From: Paraspadella gotoi
Taxonomy: Eukaryota; Animalia; Chaetognatha
NCBI GenBank assembly: GCA_051294375.1
Contig: JBJCIZ010000239.1
Location: 6,425,996 to 6,489,995 of the forward strand
Direction: 5' to 3'
DNA length: 64,000 nt
Below are positions 48,327-61,896 of the stretch, piece after piece (within the stretch, counting starts at the first letter, position 1; the number at the start of each line of letters is the position of its first letter). The notes below the pieces were generated by a model, which was given only the letters and a program-made list of their open reading frames with translations, made no database searches and was not told the DNA's origin. A program made the position numbers and the translations under genes.

Positions 48327-51300
48327 AGAACAGAACCGTTCAATATAAGCAGTCCCCTGAGCTTCGGATCAGGCTGTAACACCGAGTTACAGGCGGGTTA
48401 AGCGCCCCGTCCCTCTAAACTGCTAGGCGACCACCGGGCTAGAACCCCGGACCTTTGGGTTGGGAGGCGAATGACTTGCCTCCAGCACCAATGGCCGCTG
48501 ATGAACGTTTGGTGGATTTTCGTCCACCATATAACAAACATATAAAATTGTAGAAGACGAAAATAGTTGGAATAAAAATATGAAGAAGGTGAAGAATTGT
48601 GACGACGTAAGAGAAGTAGAAAAGAAGAAAAAAAAAAAGGGAAAATAATTAATCCCCCCCCCACCGCCCCCTTCCATTTCAACCTTTTCCTCACCTTTTC
48701 CTCACCTTAATAACCTTCTCGTCCTCCTCCTTGGGTCGGTGCAGCTTCACCTCCAGGATGTAACCCGACCCGTGCTTCTGCTTGAGATGCTGCGACGTCC
48801 CGATCGTGCGGAGCCGACCGCGCATCACGATCCCGATGCGCGAGCAGAGGGCGTCCGCTTCCTCCATTGCGTGGGTGGTGAGAATGGCGCCGCGGTGTTT
48901 GCCTGCCAAGTTTGTGGAGTAAGAGTATACATTTAAAAGTTTTAAGAAAATAACAATTTTTAAAAAAAAATTTTTGAAACCGTTTTTTTTAATTCCTTGT
49001 AAAAATGTTGATATAAGAAAATATAAAAAAAATATATAACTAGGATGAAATTAAAATTCATGGATTTAAGAAAGAGAAACGGGGCGCCATCGGAAAAGAG
49101 AGCCGTATTTCCCGACACCTGAGCAGGCGTTGTGAATCAAGTCCCACAAGACTCTCTTGGAGGCGGAGTCCATCCCCGTCGAGGGTTCGTCCAACAACAG
49201 CACTTGAGGTTCCCCCAGCATCGCGATGGCGAGAGAGAGTTTGCGACGGGTCCCGCCTTTCGAGTTTATGTGTGGGTTGGGTTGGGGAGAGGGGAGAAGG
49301 GAGAAAATAGAGGAAAATAAAAGGTAAGGACGGGCAAGGTGTAACATAGAGAGAACAACTGGTAAGTTCGGGGTGTTGCGCCGCAGTGGCTTTTATTCGT
49401 GGACGCTTTTCTAGATGATCACGTGACTAGACAACGTGATAAACATATGGACAACGAATTTCTAATGGTTTACTACTTAATTGTGAAGTTTTAACTTAAG
49501 AAAAAATTAAGTTGCTTTGATTTTTTGATAACGTGAACGTATTTTTATATGAAAATGGTACAACCAATATAAATTGATCCATTCATACAATAAATAAGTT
49601 TTCTTGCCCCGGACTTTGGACAGGCTATGGTGGTTTAAGGCCTTCATCACTCTTACAAGATAATGACTGAGCAAGCTTTCAATCAAAAGACTCTCTCACA
49701 GTCTCGTTAATTCACCCCCAGAGTAACTGGCTTCCCTATCAATGAAGTGTAATAATACTTCAAAGAATGTTTCAATTGTATAAAAGGACCACTCTATAAA
49801 GTATTAGATCGGGGAATACTATATTCTATTCCACACTAGAATCAAAATACATGTGACTGCGCAAGAAGGATTTTTAATATAATCTAATATTTAAGGGAAT
49901 CCTCTTTTCATACAATTGAAACATTCTTTGAAATATTATACCATTTGACTGATAGGGAAGTACTCTGGGAGTAAATAAACGAGACTGTGAGAGAGTCTTG
50001 ATTGAAAGCTTGCAGGGACCTGCTATATCATTATCTTGTAAGAGTGATGGAGGCCTTAAACCTCCAAAGCCTGTCCAAAGTCAGAGGCAAGATAGCTTAT
50101 TTATTAAATGAATGAATAATTTTTATATTGGTTGTACCAATTTCATACCATACCAGTATGCTAAGTATTAAGCAAAAATGACCAAGTATTTCATGAATTA
50201 CGCGGCATTTCATTTCTAAACAACNNNNNNNNNNTTATCCCCCCCCACACACAAACCAACCCGAGAGCGACTTGGCGGGCGTGTCGGCGTTCTTGGTGAT
50301 CCTCAAAGCCTCCGTGATCTTCCTGGCCAGATACTTGGCCTCCGACTTGGGGATTCCGCGGACGAGAGCGAAGTCGACGATTTGCTCCTCGACGCCGAAG
50401 TTGTCGAAGAGGGCGTCGAATTGTGGGACGTAGCCCATCGCCTTGGGGGGGGGGGGTTGGGGGGGGATGGGGAAGGAGAATTGTTTAATTCTGGAAATGA
50501 AGAGAAGAGAAGAGAAAAACGAAAATTTAAAACAAAAAATATTAAAAAATGAATAAAAGAATCTATTTTTTTTTTCTCTTTTGAAAAAGAACCCAAGCCG
50601 CAATTTTTCTCCTACATTGATAAAAAGTTTAAAGAGATGGTTATGAAATTAGATTGAATTTCTCAATCTCATTTACATATTGCAGTATAAATATCAATAT
50701 CAATTCCGTTTTGCTTCTCTCATTTCATGCATATCTAAAAGACCTCGCCCACCCCCTCTCAAACTTTTCTCCCACACACTTTAGCCCCCCCCCCCTCAAT
50801 CGTTACCTCCAACGCCCGAGCTTTGGAAGTCGTGATGGGATGTCCTCCAACGATGACCGTTCCGCTCGAAGGCGGCGTCGATCCGATGATGATGTTTTGC
50901 GTCGTGGATTTCCCGGCGCCGTTGGGACCCAAGAGGCCGAAGACCTCTCCGCGTCGAACGCAAAAGTCCATCTGATCGACGGCCTTTTTTACCTCCACCA
51001 CCTTTAGAGATTGGGTAATAGGCATGAACAGTAGGGTGGAGTGATGAAAAGATTGAGTGATTGAATATTATTTTTTTTGCTTATAATCAATTAATTTTAA
51101 ATCTTCAAATAAAACTGTTTTTGTCCTAAATTTTTTTCAAAATTTTTTTTAGCATAACAGTATAGTAAATTAAATTATTTATGGAGTAATATCCTTATAA
51201 AATCGTGAAATTTCAAAATAATTTTTTTCTTTTTAAAAACAGATTTGGATTCACCGTAAAAAACTAAAAAACTTTTATAAAATATGTTATATGATATTTT

Positions 51301-51883
51301 AATGTTTGGATTACAAAAAATGACTAAAACGTTTTAACATATATAAGTTTCTACTACAGAAAATAAAAAATCATGAATTTTTATTTTTTTCCCGTTTTAA
51401 ACGCTGAAGATGACAGAATTTTTGATAACATATTTTATATTTTTGATTCAACTTTTTATGAAAAATCTGAATCTTTATTAAAAATATTAAAAAAATTATT
51501 TTTAAAATTTACTATTTTATAAGATTATTACTACAAATATATTATATTTTACTATTCTGTTTCCAAGACAATATGAACAAAATATTTTTGTACTAATTAA
51601 TCAAACTATCTCACATTTAAATATCCTTGTTCGATTATTCAAATAATTTTTTTGTTCTTGAGTGCTCCACTCTAATGAACAGGTTAAAAACTAGAAGTTC
51701 TTTCAAATAGATAATGGTAAAGTGACTGTTAAATAATATGAAAATGAAAATAGTTTTAAGATTTATCTAATAGATAAGCGCCCACATCTATAAGCATTTA
51801 TAAGCATTTCTAAGTAATTCATCACTTTCCACTTATCATTCACTTTCTATAATATCATTTCCATTTTATCATTTTATCTTCCA

Positions 51884-51940
<57 letters not shown>

Positions 51941-52596
51941 ACACCTTCAACATCTTCCTCCTCCTAAAGTATTTCTTCAAATTCTTAACGATAACCACGG
52001 GCAGAGTCTTCGAGTCTGCGCGGAGATCCAACGCCTCCACGTAGCGTCGCTCCGCCTCCACATCCGGGTCGATTCCTCTGCCCATGTCCATGGAAGATCG
52101 GATCGAGAGCTTGCTGAAGACCGGATTGGATTGGGGGGGGGAGGGAATGTACGCAAATAGGACGGAACTCGGTCGGCCTCGTGACGTCATTGGTCGTTCT
52201 CTTTGCGAATTGAATGATAGAGAAATGAAATGAACGATAGAGACAGACTTATTTGGGCTTTTGATTATTTGGCCATTGATTTTTGGGGCTTGAACCTTCG
52301 GCCTTCGGCCATAAACTTTCGATCTAAACTCTTTCTTAGAAATGGGAAACTAGTTCGAAGGCCTTCCATTAATTGATGTAATCCATTAATTATCTTTTCT
52401 TATTACTTCTCGAATTTTATTATGAATATATATATATATATATATATANNNNNNNNNNNNNNNNNNNNNNNNNNNNNNNNNNNNNNNNNNNNNNNNNNNN
52501 NNNNNNNNNNNNNNNNNNNNNNNNNNNNNNNNNNNNNNNNNNNNNNNNNNNNNNNNNNNNNNNNNNNNNNNNNNNNNNNNNNNNNNNNNNNNNNNN

Positions 52597-52629
<33 letters not shown>

Positions 52630-53579
52630 ACCTGGCACCCTTAGCCGCATCCTTGACGGATAACGTGTTTGGATTTTGTTCGGCATTCTGCGACAAGATG
52701 AGGAAGAGGAGGAAGAAGAAGAGGAAGAATAGGAGGAAGAAGAGGAGGAGAAGAGGAGAAGAAGAGAAGAAGGAGGGAGGAAGAAGAGGAAGAAGAAGAG
52801 AAGGAAGAAAAGTAGGAAGAAGAGAAGGAAGAAGAGAAGGAAGAAGAGGATAAAGAAGAGGAGGAAGAAGAGGAGGAAGAAGAGAAGGAAGAAGAGGAGG
52901 AAAAAGAGGAGGAAGAAGAGGAGGAAAAGGAGTAGGGGACGTAATAAAAAACAAAACACGAGATATCGGATATGGTAATCGGTAGAGATTACAGAGTGAA
53001 ACCTTTTAAAACGAAATGTACAGATATCCAATGAAACTGCAAATCTCCTTTCCTCCCATCTTTTTCTTTCCTCTGTTTCTCCTCCTATTCTCCTTTCCTC
53101 CCTTCCTCCTCCCTTCCTCATCATTTTTCCTCCCATCTTCTCCTCTCTTACCTCCCTCTCTTCCACATTACTTTCTCCTTCCCTCCTCACTTCTTTCCTC
53201 CCCATCTTCTCCTCCCTTCTCCCTTCTCCCCCTCCCTTCCCCCACACACTCCTCCTCGCTCTCTCACCTTATTATCCCCGGATCTGAGTGAACGCCTCGG
53301 AAACGTTTCCAAGTTATCGGCGAATTGCAGCTTCCTTCCCGCGTTCGCGTTCACCCTCGAGCTTCCGGGAAGGATCTTTACTTTCAACTCTTTGTCGTCG
53401 TTGTTGTCGTCCTTGTCGTCGTTGTTGCTGTTGTTGTTATAAACGTTGTCGTCGTTGTTGTTGTTATAAACGTTGTCGTCGTTGATGTTGTTGCTGTTGC
53501 TGTTTTTCCTCTCTTCATTTTTACCATCGACGTAATAATCATCATCATCATCATCTTCATCTTGCTCAGTTTCGTAATT
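47971..53579 (-). CDS. ABC transporter subfamily A, 3' part (linker, NBD2, regulatory C-terminus)
   Basis: Exons 53579-53268, 52687-52632, 52113-51945, 51001-50807, 50441-50261, 49256-49119, 48902-~48707, 48225-47971. 'DVEAERRYV', Walker A GPNGAGKSTT, 'MGYVPQFDAL', signature [10 protein letters not shown], Walker [12 protein letters not shown], 'LTTHAMEEADALC', and terminal 'FSQCTLEQVFL'. Confidence 0.92.
48331..48530 (-). mobile_element. Family-1 element, best-preserved copy; 72-nt tRNA-like head at 48498-48427
   Basis: Acceptor stem GCGGCCA/TGGTCGC, T-arm CCGGG-GTTCTAG-CCCGG, anticodon loop CT-CCC-AA with a broken stem. It is flanked by inverted AACCGTTCA/TGAACG(G/T)TT and a terminal GGTGGA...TCCACC hairpin. 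Confidence 0.75.
49548..50147. mobile_element. Fold-back (long inverted repeat) MITE, TA-bounded; second copy at 58432-59032
   Basis: TATGAAAATGGTACAACCAATATAAA ... TTTATATTGGTTGTACCAATTTCATA, with ~240-bp imperfect arms. Related fragments at ~1270-1390, ~6390-6420, ~53700 and ~63120. Confidence 0.8.
51032..51674. mobile_element. hAT-type MITE in an ABCA intron with a perfect 8-bp TSD; duplicate copy at 59863-60509
   Basis: ATGAACAG|TAGGGTGGAG ... CTCCACTCTA|ATGAACAG. Confidence 0.88.
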
Positions 53580-54128
53580 CTGCCCCAAAAACAGACGACG
53601 ACAAAAAAATTAATATCATTATTAGTATAATTATTAAAAATATTAATAATTCAAAATATAAAAAATATTAGCTAGTGAGACAAATGATTTTAATATACAA
53701 TTGAAACAACTCTGGGAGTGAGTGAGAGTATTGATTGAAAGCTTGCAGAATAATTAATTAATTAATTAATAAATTGATTGAAAGCTTGCAGGATCCTGCT
53801 AAGGTATTATCTAGTGAGAGGTCATGAATAAAAAAAATAATATTAATTAATTAATTAATTAATTATCTGATCAGCTGCTCACCGCTTGTAGAAAATGTTT
53901 ATTATTTTCTATGCCAGAGTTGAGGCAAAGGATCGTGGGCAGATCCGGAATTGTTTGCTCAATCTTGTTTAACTAATGTTTAACTTTTATGCCGTTTGGA
54001 CCAATTTCATATCATAATTGCATGTATGTGATTAGTGATTAGTAGTGATTACAAATTTCATTGTCGGGCTTACAGTGGTTAACCCACGAGTCCACGTTAA
54101 CCCNNNNNNNNNNNNNNNNNNNNNNNNN

Positions 54129-57100
54129 AAAAAGAGAGAGATTTTACGACGTCGTTTTTTCCTTTAACATGTTTGCCAGAAATCAAAATCTAAAAAATAA
54201 ATATAAGTGTAAAAAATTAATATAAAAAAATTTAAATCTAAATATATATATAAATGAAATCGGCACCGAACTTACCGGCTTCCCTACCGCGCAGATCCAA
54301 CAGTGCGCCAATTACGCGCGCCGACGGAAAAGGGTAAGCCCCGATCCTCTTCCGGCGAATTCAACGTGAATTCACACGGGGTTCACCTCACAGTCTCATT
54401 TTATACGGAGAGCTCTACGGAACGAGGGACGCTAGCGTCACAAAAGTGAGGAAATATCGCAGCTAGTTCTCTCTCTCTCTCTCGCTCTCTCTCTCCTCTC
54501 TCTCTCTCTCGATTTTACAATTTCACATTTGAGCATAATTAATTTCTAGTATGCATATTTCTTCTACCCCCTCTCTCTTCCTAAAGTTAAATTTAAAAAT
54601 ATTTAGCATGATAAATAAAAAAATTAAATCTTTCTCTCCTCTCCCCTCTCTCTCTGTCAACAAAACGAAATTCACTGTCAAAAAAGTTCGAATCCAGCAT
54701 TAATTGCTAAACTAACTTTAACCAGCCATACAATATACAATAAACAATCTAAAAAAACCCTTTATCTCTCAAAACTCACCCACAAATCTTTTCCCTTACC
54801 CATCCCCCATCTCCCCCTTATTTCCCTGCAGGTGTTCTACGTCGTGGAGGCTTCCTCCACCAACGACGCCGAACTTCTCGTCAAAGTCTGGCGTCCGGGA
54901 AAGAGTCTTCAGCAGAGCTGCGATTCCCTGTCTGTGCTGCAGCCCAAGAACCTCGTCTTTGGCTACACGCTGTTGTCGAGATACGAGAACAATTACTTCA
55001 ATAAGAATTCCGGTTGAAAGAAGGGATGGGAGGAGGGGGGGAGGTAGAGGTGGTGAGGGGGGGAGGTAGAGGGTGAGGAGGGGGAGGGAAAGGGGAGCGA
55101 GGGGGGGAGCGAGGAGGGAGGGCAGGATGAGATGAGGGAGGGAATGAAGAGATTTATATATACTACATGACATAACATTACTACATGACTACAATAACTT
55201 TTGTTTTTTTTTAGTTTTAGGATTTCCTGAAGGCGGCGCTAGCAGTCATTTAGGTTTGAGGATTTTTTCCCTTCTAACAAATGAGCAACTAACTATAGGC
55301 GAGTTATGATGGCGTCTGATGAATAAAAACTGATTAAACTGATTAAACTGATTATGAACATTTTTTAAGTGGGTCAGACCAATGGACAAACATAGCGACC
55401 GATGACCGACAGAGCGCTGGGAGAGGTTATGGGAAAGAGAAAATGAAAGGAAAGGAGAATGCTACAAAGGGACGAAAAGAAAGAAAGAAAGAAAGGAGAG
55501 AGGAGAGAGAGTGAGAGAAGAGAGAGAGAGAGAGAAGAGAGAAGAGAGAGAGAAGAGAGAGATTATAGAACTATATATATAGAGAGAAGAATGAATAGGA
55601 GATTAAAATATAATGTAAAATAAATCAATATGCAGGCGACGCTCTCATTCAATCTGTTTCTACGATCGATGACGAAGACTTGCGTCGGATCTTTTGATCG
55701 GGCGAAGCTCACGCGTCGAAGAATGATTGAAACAAACAAACTATGTACATTGTACATTGTGCAAAGGAACGAAACAACGGAACAAACTATTGGGAAGGAC
55801 AAATGGAATCGTTGATAATTGGATTAAATTAGATGATGCTTTAAAGAATTATATCGAAATGATTTACTTTTTTTTATTAACTTGTGATATTGATGAACTT
55901 TTTTTTTTCAAATAATTCTTGTCCAAGTTCAATGAGAGCTTCAGAACTTTAGTTTTATTCAGAATATTTTTAAACCTCTTTCCGCTTTAGTACGCTAAAA
56001 TCTTTGCTTTTAGTACACAATTGCTCAACTCTCTCTGTTAAACCTAGAAGATAATTCGGAATTGATATAATCATCAAAGGTGGAATCTAAACCAAGGAAT
56101 CGAATCGGAATCTTATCGGAATCAAACCGGATCAAGAGACTCGGATGAAATCAACCAAGAACTCACTGATCGGATGAATCAACCATAGAGAAGAGGGGCT
56201 TCAAGCCATCGGGAAAAAGAACCCTTGTCGATGATCCAATGGCTCTGTATAAATACTGGACCATTTCTGTATTGATTCAATCTGCCTGTAAACTCTCACA
56301 CCGTTCTTTGCTTGTGAAATATTTGTCAATTAATTCCACCATTGGTTTCATGTTAGAAATCTCTGTCTACTTACTTAAATGTGGTTCCACCAAACGCGTA
56401 CGTACGAAGCAAAACTTATATCAAACTTATACCGACATTTTGTTCTAATATAATCTTCAATTAACTAATTCTTAACCCTAATCCTTAGCTTAATGTTAAT
56501 CGTTTACTAAAATCATCCGTCCTACTTCTCAATCTTTAGTAATTATTGTTTTGTGGCGAATCCTAAATTCAATTCCCGTTTAACTTGGTGAAACTCAGCT
56601 AAGTACTCATTCACCATTCACACACCGTGAAGCCCAGCTTCAATCCCCTCACAGTCACGCTGGTTTAGTGAAATGGTGTCAGTATAAACTAGCCAATGAC
56701 ATGGAGTGATCAGTCATCAACTACGGGGACAGAACCCTTACAATTTTAGTAAAAAGAAAAAAAAGCCAAATCTTTTAACCATCTCTATATATTTCAAAAT
56801 TAAAAACTACTCAATATATCACATTATACCTCGCCGCCGTTGTATATTTTCCTCTTTCACAACACCCCGGCCCCTTGCTCTTGCTCGGCGACCAGCTCCA
56901 AGAAGACTTGCTCCAGCGTGCACTGGGAGAACTGATACTCCTCGATGCGACGGCTTCCTTGTTCCGCTCCAACGCCTCGAAGATCTCCGCCAGGGACTTG
57001 ACGGCGTGCTGGGGGATCTGAGGATGATTCGTCGTCGAAATTCTCGCGCACTTCCGAAGTTGTCGCCGTAGAGAGACTCGGTGAGAGCGAGAAAGGCCAC

Positions 57101-57182
57101 TTCTCGAATCCTATTTTTAATGGGGGAGGGGAAGAGGGGGGTAGGGTTTAGGGGGGGGGTGGAAAGAGAGTGTGAAAAGGTG

Positions 57183-57217
<35 letters not shown>

Positions 57218-60200
57218 AACAGAACGGTTCAATATAAGCAGTCCCCTGAGCTTCGGATCAGGCTGTAACACCGAGTTACAGGCGGGTTAAGCGCCCCGTC
57301 CCTCTAAACTGCTAGGCGACCACCGGCTAGAACCCCGGACCTTTGGGTTGGGAGGGAATGACTTGCCTCCAGCACCAATGGCCGCTGATGAACGTTTGTT
57401 GGTGGATTTTCGTCCACCATATAACAAACATATAAAATTGTAGAAGACGAAAATAGTTGGAATAAAAATATGAAGAAGGTGAAGAATTGTGACGACGAAA
57501 AGAAGTAGAAAGAAGAAAAAAAAAAAAGGGAAAATAAATTAATCCCCCCCCCACCGCCCCCTTCCATTTCAACCTTTTCCTCACCTTTTCCTCACCTTAA
57601 TACCTTCTCGTCCTCCTCTTGGGTCGGTGCAGCTTCACCTCCAGGATGTAACCCGACCCGTGCTTCTGCTTGAGATGCTGCGACGTCCGATCGTGCGGAG
57701 CCGACCGCGCATCACGATCCCGATGCGCGAGCAGAGGGCGTCCGCTTCCTCCATTGCGTGGGTGGTGAGAATGGCGCCGCGGTGTTTGCCTGCCAAGTTT
57801 GTGGAGTAAGAGTATACATTTAAAGTTTTTAAGAAAATAACATTTTTTAAAAAAAAATTTTTGAAACCGTTTTTTTTTATTCCTTGTAAAAATTGTTGAT
57901 AAAGAAAATATAAAAAAAATATATCTAGGATGAAATTAAAAATTCATGGATTTAAGAAAGAGAAACGGGGCGCCATCGGAAAAGAGAGCCGTATTTCCCG
58001 ACACCTGAGCAGGCGTTGTGAATCAAGTCCCACAAGACTCTCTTGGAGGCGGAGTCCTATCCCGTCGAGGGTTCGTCCAACAACAGCACTTGAGGTTCCC
58101 CCAGCATCGCGATGGCGAGAGAGAGTTTGCGACGGGTCCCGCCTTTCGAGTTTATGTGTGGGTTGGGTTGGGGAGAGGGGAGAAGGGAGAAAATAGAGGA
58201 AATAAAAGGTAAGGACGGGCAAGGTGTAACATAGAGAGAACAACTGGTAAGTTCGGGGTGTTGCGCCGCAGTGGCTTTTATTCGTGGACGCTTTTCTAGA
58301 TGATCACGTGACTAGACAACGTGATAAACATATGGACAACGATTTCTAATGGTTACTACTTAATTGTGAAGTTTTAACTTAAGAAAAAATTAAGTTGCTT
58401 TGATTTTTTTGATAACGTGAACGTATTTTTATATGAAAATGGTACAACCAATATAATGATCCATTCATACAATAAATAAGTTTTCTTGGCCCGGACTTTG
58501 GACAGGCTATGGTGGTTTAAGGCCTTCATCACTCTTACAAGATAATGACTGAGCAAGCTTTCAATCAAAAGACTCTCTCACAGTCTCGTTAATTCACCCC
58601 AGAGTAACTGGCTTCCCTATCAATGAAGTGTAATAATACTTCAAAGAATGTTTCAATTGTATATAAAAGGACCACTCTATAAAGTATTAGATGCGGGAAT
58701 ACTATATTCTATTCCACACTAGAATCAAAATACATGTGACTGCGCAAGAAGGATTTTTAATATAATCTAATATTTAAAGGGAATCCTCTTTTCAATCAAT
58801 TTGAAACATTCTTTGAAATATTATACCATTTGATTGATAGGGAAGTACTCTGGGAGTAAATAAACGAGACTGTGGAGAGTCTTGATTGAAAGCTTGCAGG
58901 GACCTGCTATATCATTATCTTGTAAGAGTGATGGAGGCCTTAACCCAAAGCCTGTCCAAAAGTCAGAGGCAAGATAGCTTATTTTATTAAATGAATGAAT
59001 TATTTTTTTATATTGGTTGTACCAATTTCATACCATACCAGTATGCTAAGTATTAAGCAAAAATGACCAAGTATTTTATGAATTACGCGGCATTTCATTT
59101 CTAAACAACTTAACCACCTTATCCCCACACACACAAACCACCCGAGAGCGACTTGGCGGCGTGTCGCGTTCTTGGTGATCCTCAAAGCCTCCGTGATCTT
59201 CCTGGCCAGATACTTGGCCTCCGACTTGGGGATTCCGCGGACCGAGAGCGAAGTCGACGATTTGTTCTCTCGACGCCGAAGTTGTCGAAGAGGGCGTCGA
59301 ATTGTGGGACGTAGCCCATCGCCTTGGGGGGGGGGTTGAAAGAGAGAAGAGAAGAGAAACGAAAATTAAAAAAAATATTAAAAAATGAATAAAAGAATCT
59401 ATTTTTTTTTCTCTTTTGAAACGAACCCAACCGCAATTTTTTCTCCTACATTGATAAAAAGTTTAAAGAGATGGTTATGAAATTAGATTGAATTTCTCAA
59501 TCTCATTTACATATTGCAGTATAAATATAATATCAATTCCGTTTTGCTTCTCTCATTTCATGCATATCTAAAAGAACCTCGCCCACCCCCTCTCAAACTT
59601 TTCTCCCACCACTTTAGCCCCCCCCCCCTCAATCGTTACCTCCAACGCCCGAGCTTGGAAGTCGTGATGGGATGTCCTCCAACGATGACCGTTCCGCTCG
59701 AAGGCGGCGTCGATCCGATGATGATGTTTTGCGTCGTGGATTTCCCGGCGCCGTTGGGACCCAAGAGGCCGAAGACCTCTCCGCGTCGAACGCAAAAGTC
59801 CATCTGATCGACGGCCTTTTTTACCTCCACCACCTTTAGAGATTGGTAATAGGCATGAACAGTAGGGTGGAGTGATGAAAAGATTGAGTGATTGAATATT
59901 ATTTTTTTTGCTTATAATCAATTAATTTTAAATCTTCAAATAAAACTGTTTTTGTTCCTAAATTTTTTTCAAAATTTTTTTTTAGCATAACAGTATAGTA
60001 AATTAAATTTATTTATGGAGTAATATCCTTATAAAATCGTGAAATTTCAAAATAATTTTTTCTTTTTAAAAACAGATTTGGATTCACCGTAAAAAACTAA
60101 AAAAACTTTTTTATAAAATATGTTATATGATATTTTAATGTTTGGATTACAAAAAATGACTAAAACGTTTTTAACATATATAAGTTTCTATACAGAAATA

Positions 60201-60711
60201 AAAAATCATGAATTTTTATTTTTTCTCCGTTTTTTAAACGCTGAAGATGACAGAATTTTTGATAACATATTTTATATTTTGATTCACCTTTTTATGAAAA
60301 AATCTGAACTTTATTAAAAATATTAAAAAAATTATTTTTAAAATTTACTATTTTATAAGATTATTACTACAATATATTTATATTTTACTATTCTGTTTCC
60401 AAGACAATATGAACAAAATATTTTTTACTAATTAATCAAACTATCTCACATTTAAATATCCTTGTTCGATTATTCAAATAATTTTTTTGTTCTTGAGTGC
60501 TCCACTCTAATGAACAGGTTAAAAACTAGAAGTCTTTCAAATAGATAATGGTAAAGTGACTGTTAATAATATGAAAATGAAATAGTTTTAAGATTTATCT
60601 AATAGATAAGCGCCCACATCTATAAGCATTTATGCATTTCTAAGTAATTCATCACTTTCCACTTATCATTCTTTTCTTAATATCATTCCATTTTTATCAT
60701 TTTATCTTCCA

Positions 60712-60772
<61 letters not shown>

Positions 60773-61853
60773 TCTCTCATCTCTCCACACCTTCAACATC
60801 TTCCTCCTCCTAAAGTATTTCTTCAAATTCTTAACGATAACACGGGCCAGATCTTCGAGTCTGCGCGGAGATCCAACGCCTCCACGTAGCGTCGCTCCGC
60901 CTCCACAATCCGGGTCGATTCCTCTGCCCATGTCCATGGAAGATCGGATCGAGAGCTTGCTGAAGACCGGATTGGATTGGGGGGGGAGGGAATGGTACGC
61001 AATAGGACGGAACTCGGTCGGCCTCGTGACGTCATTGGTCGTTCTCTTTGCGAATTGAATGATAGAGAAATGAAATGAACGATAGAGACAGACTTATTTT
61101 GGGCTTTTGATTATTTGGCCATTGATTTTTTGGGCTTGAACCTTCGGCCGTTCGGCCATAAACTTTCGATCTAAACTCTTTCTTAGAAATGGGAAACTAG
61201 TTCGAAGGCCTTCCATTAATTGATGTAATCCATTATCTTTTTTTCTTATTACTTCTCGAATTTTATTATGATATATATATTAAGGCGTGTGAAAGTTACA
61301 TACAAGATCTAAAGTCAATTATGAACAACATACCATCAGTGAACATTATTTAAAAAAAATAATTTTTATTTTTTATTTCGCTAGTAGGCTATATTTATAT
61401 ATAGTACTATCCTTATAAAATGAAAAAATTTCAAATAGCTTTTCTTAATTTTGATTGCAGATTTGATTCCTCGTCAAAAGTTGATAAAAGAAATAAAATC
61501 ATTTTTAAAATTCTTTCATAGTGGGTAAAATTTAAAAAACTATATTAATATATAAAAAGTTAAATTTTCAGTTAAAATATGCTTTTTCTAATTTTTGACC
61601 CACTTAATGAAGGAATTTTTCAAAAGAGTTATATCTTTATCAACTTTTTATGACGCTCCAAATCTGCAAAAAAATCTTAGAAAAAACTGTTTGAATTTAA
61701 TATTTATTGGTTTATACAGTATAAATTGCCTACTGCGTAAATTGTAAACATTTATTCTAATTTTTTTTATTAATATAGTGTTGTCATTCCTCACTTTTAG
61801 AATTTTAATAAAGTTAAATTTAGCAATTTTACTACGCTTATATATATATATAT

Positions 61854-61896
<43 letters not shown>

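Noticed and set aside
48427-48498. Functional tRNA-Gly(CCC)
   Set aside because: The anticodon stem does not pair, the T-loop is altered (TTCTAG), and it is embedded in a multi-copy repeat. Treated as SINE-derived.
48455-48530. Self-cleaving ribozyme (CTGATGA hammerhead core; GGCGAATGAC HDV-like J4/2)
   Set aside because: No GAAA follows the putative stem II and no P2/P3 partners were found. Both motifs are explained as the antisense of the tRNA-like head.
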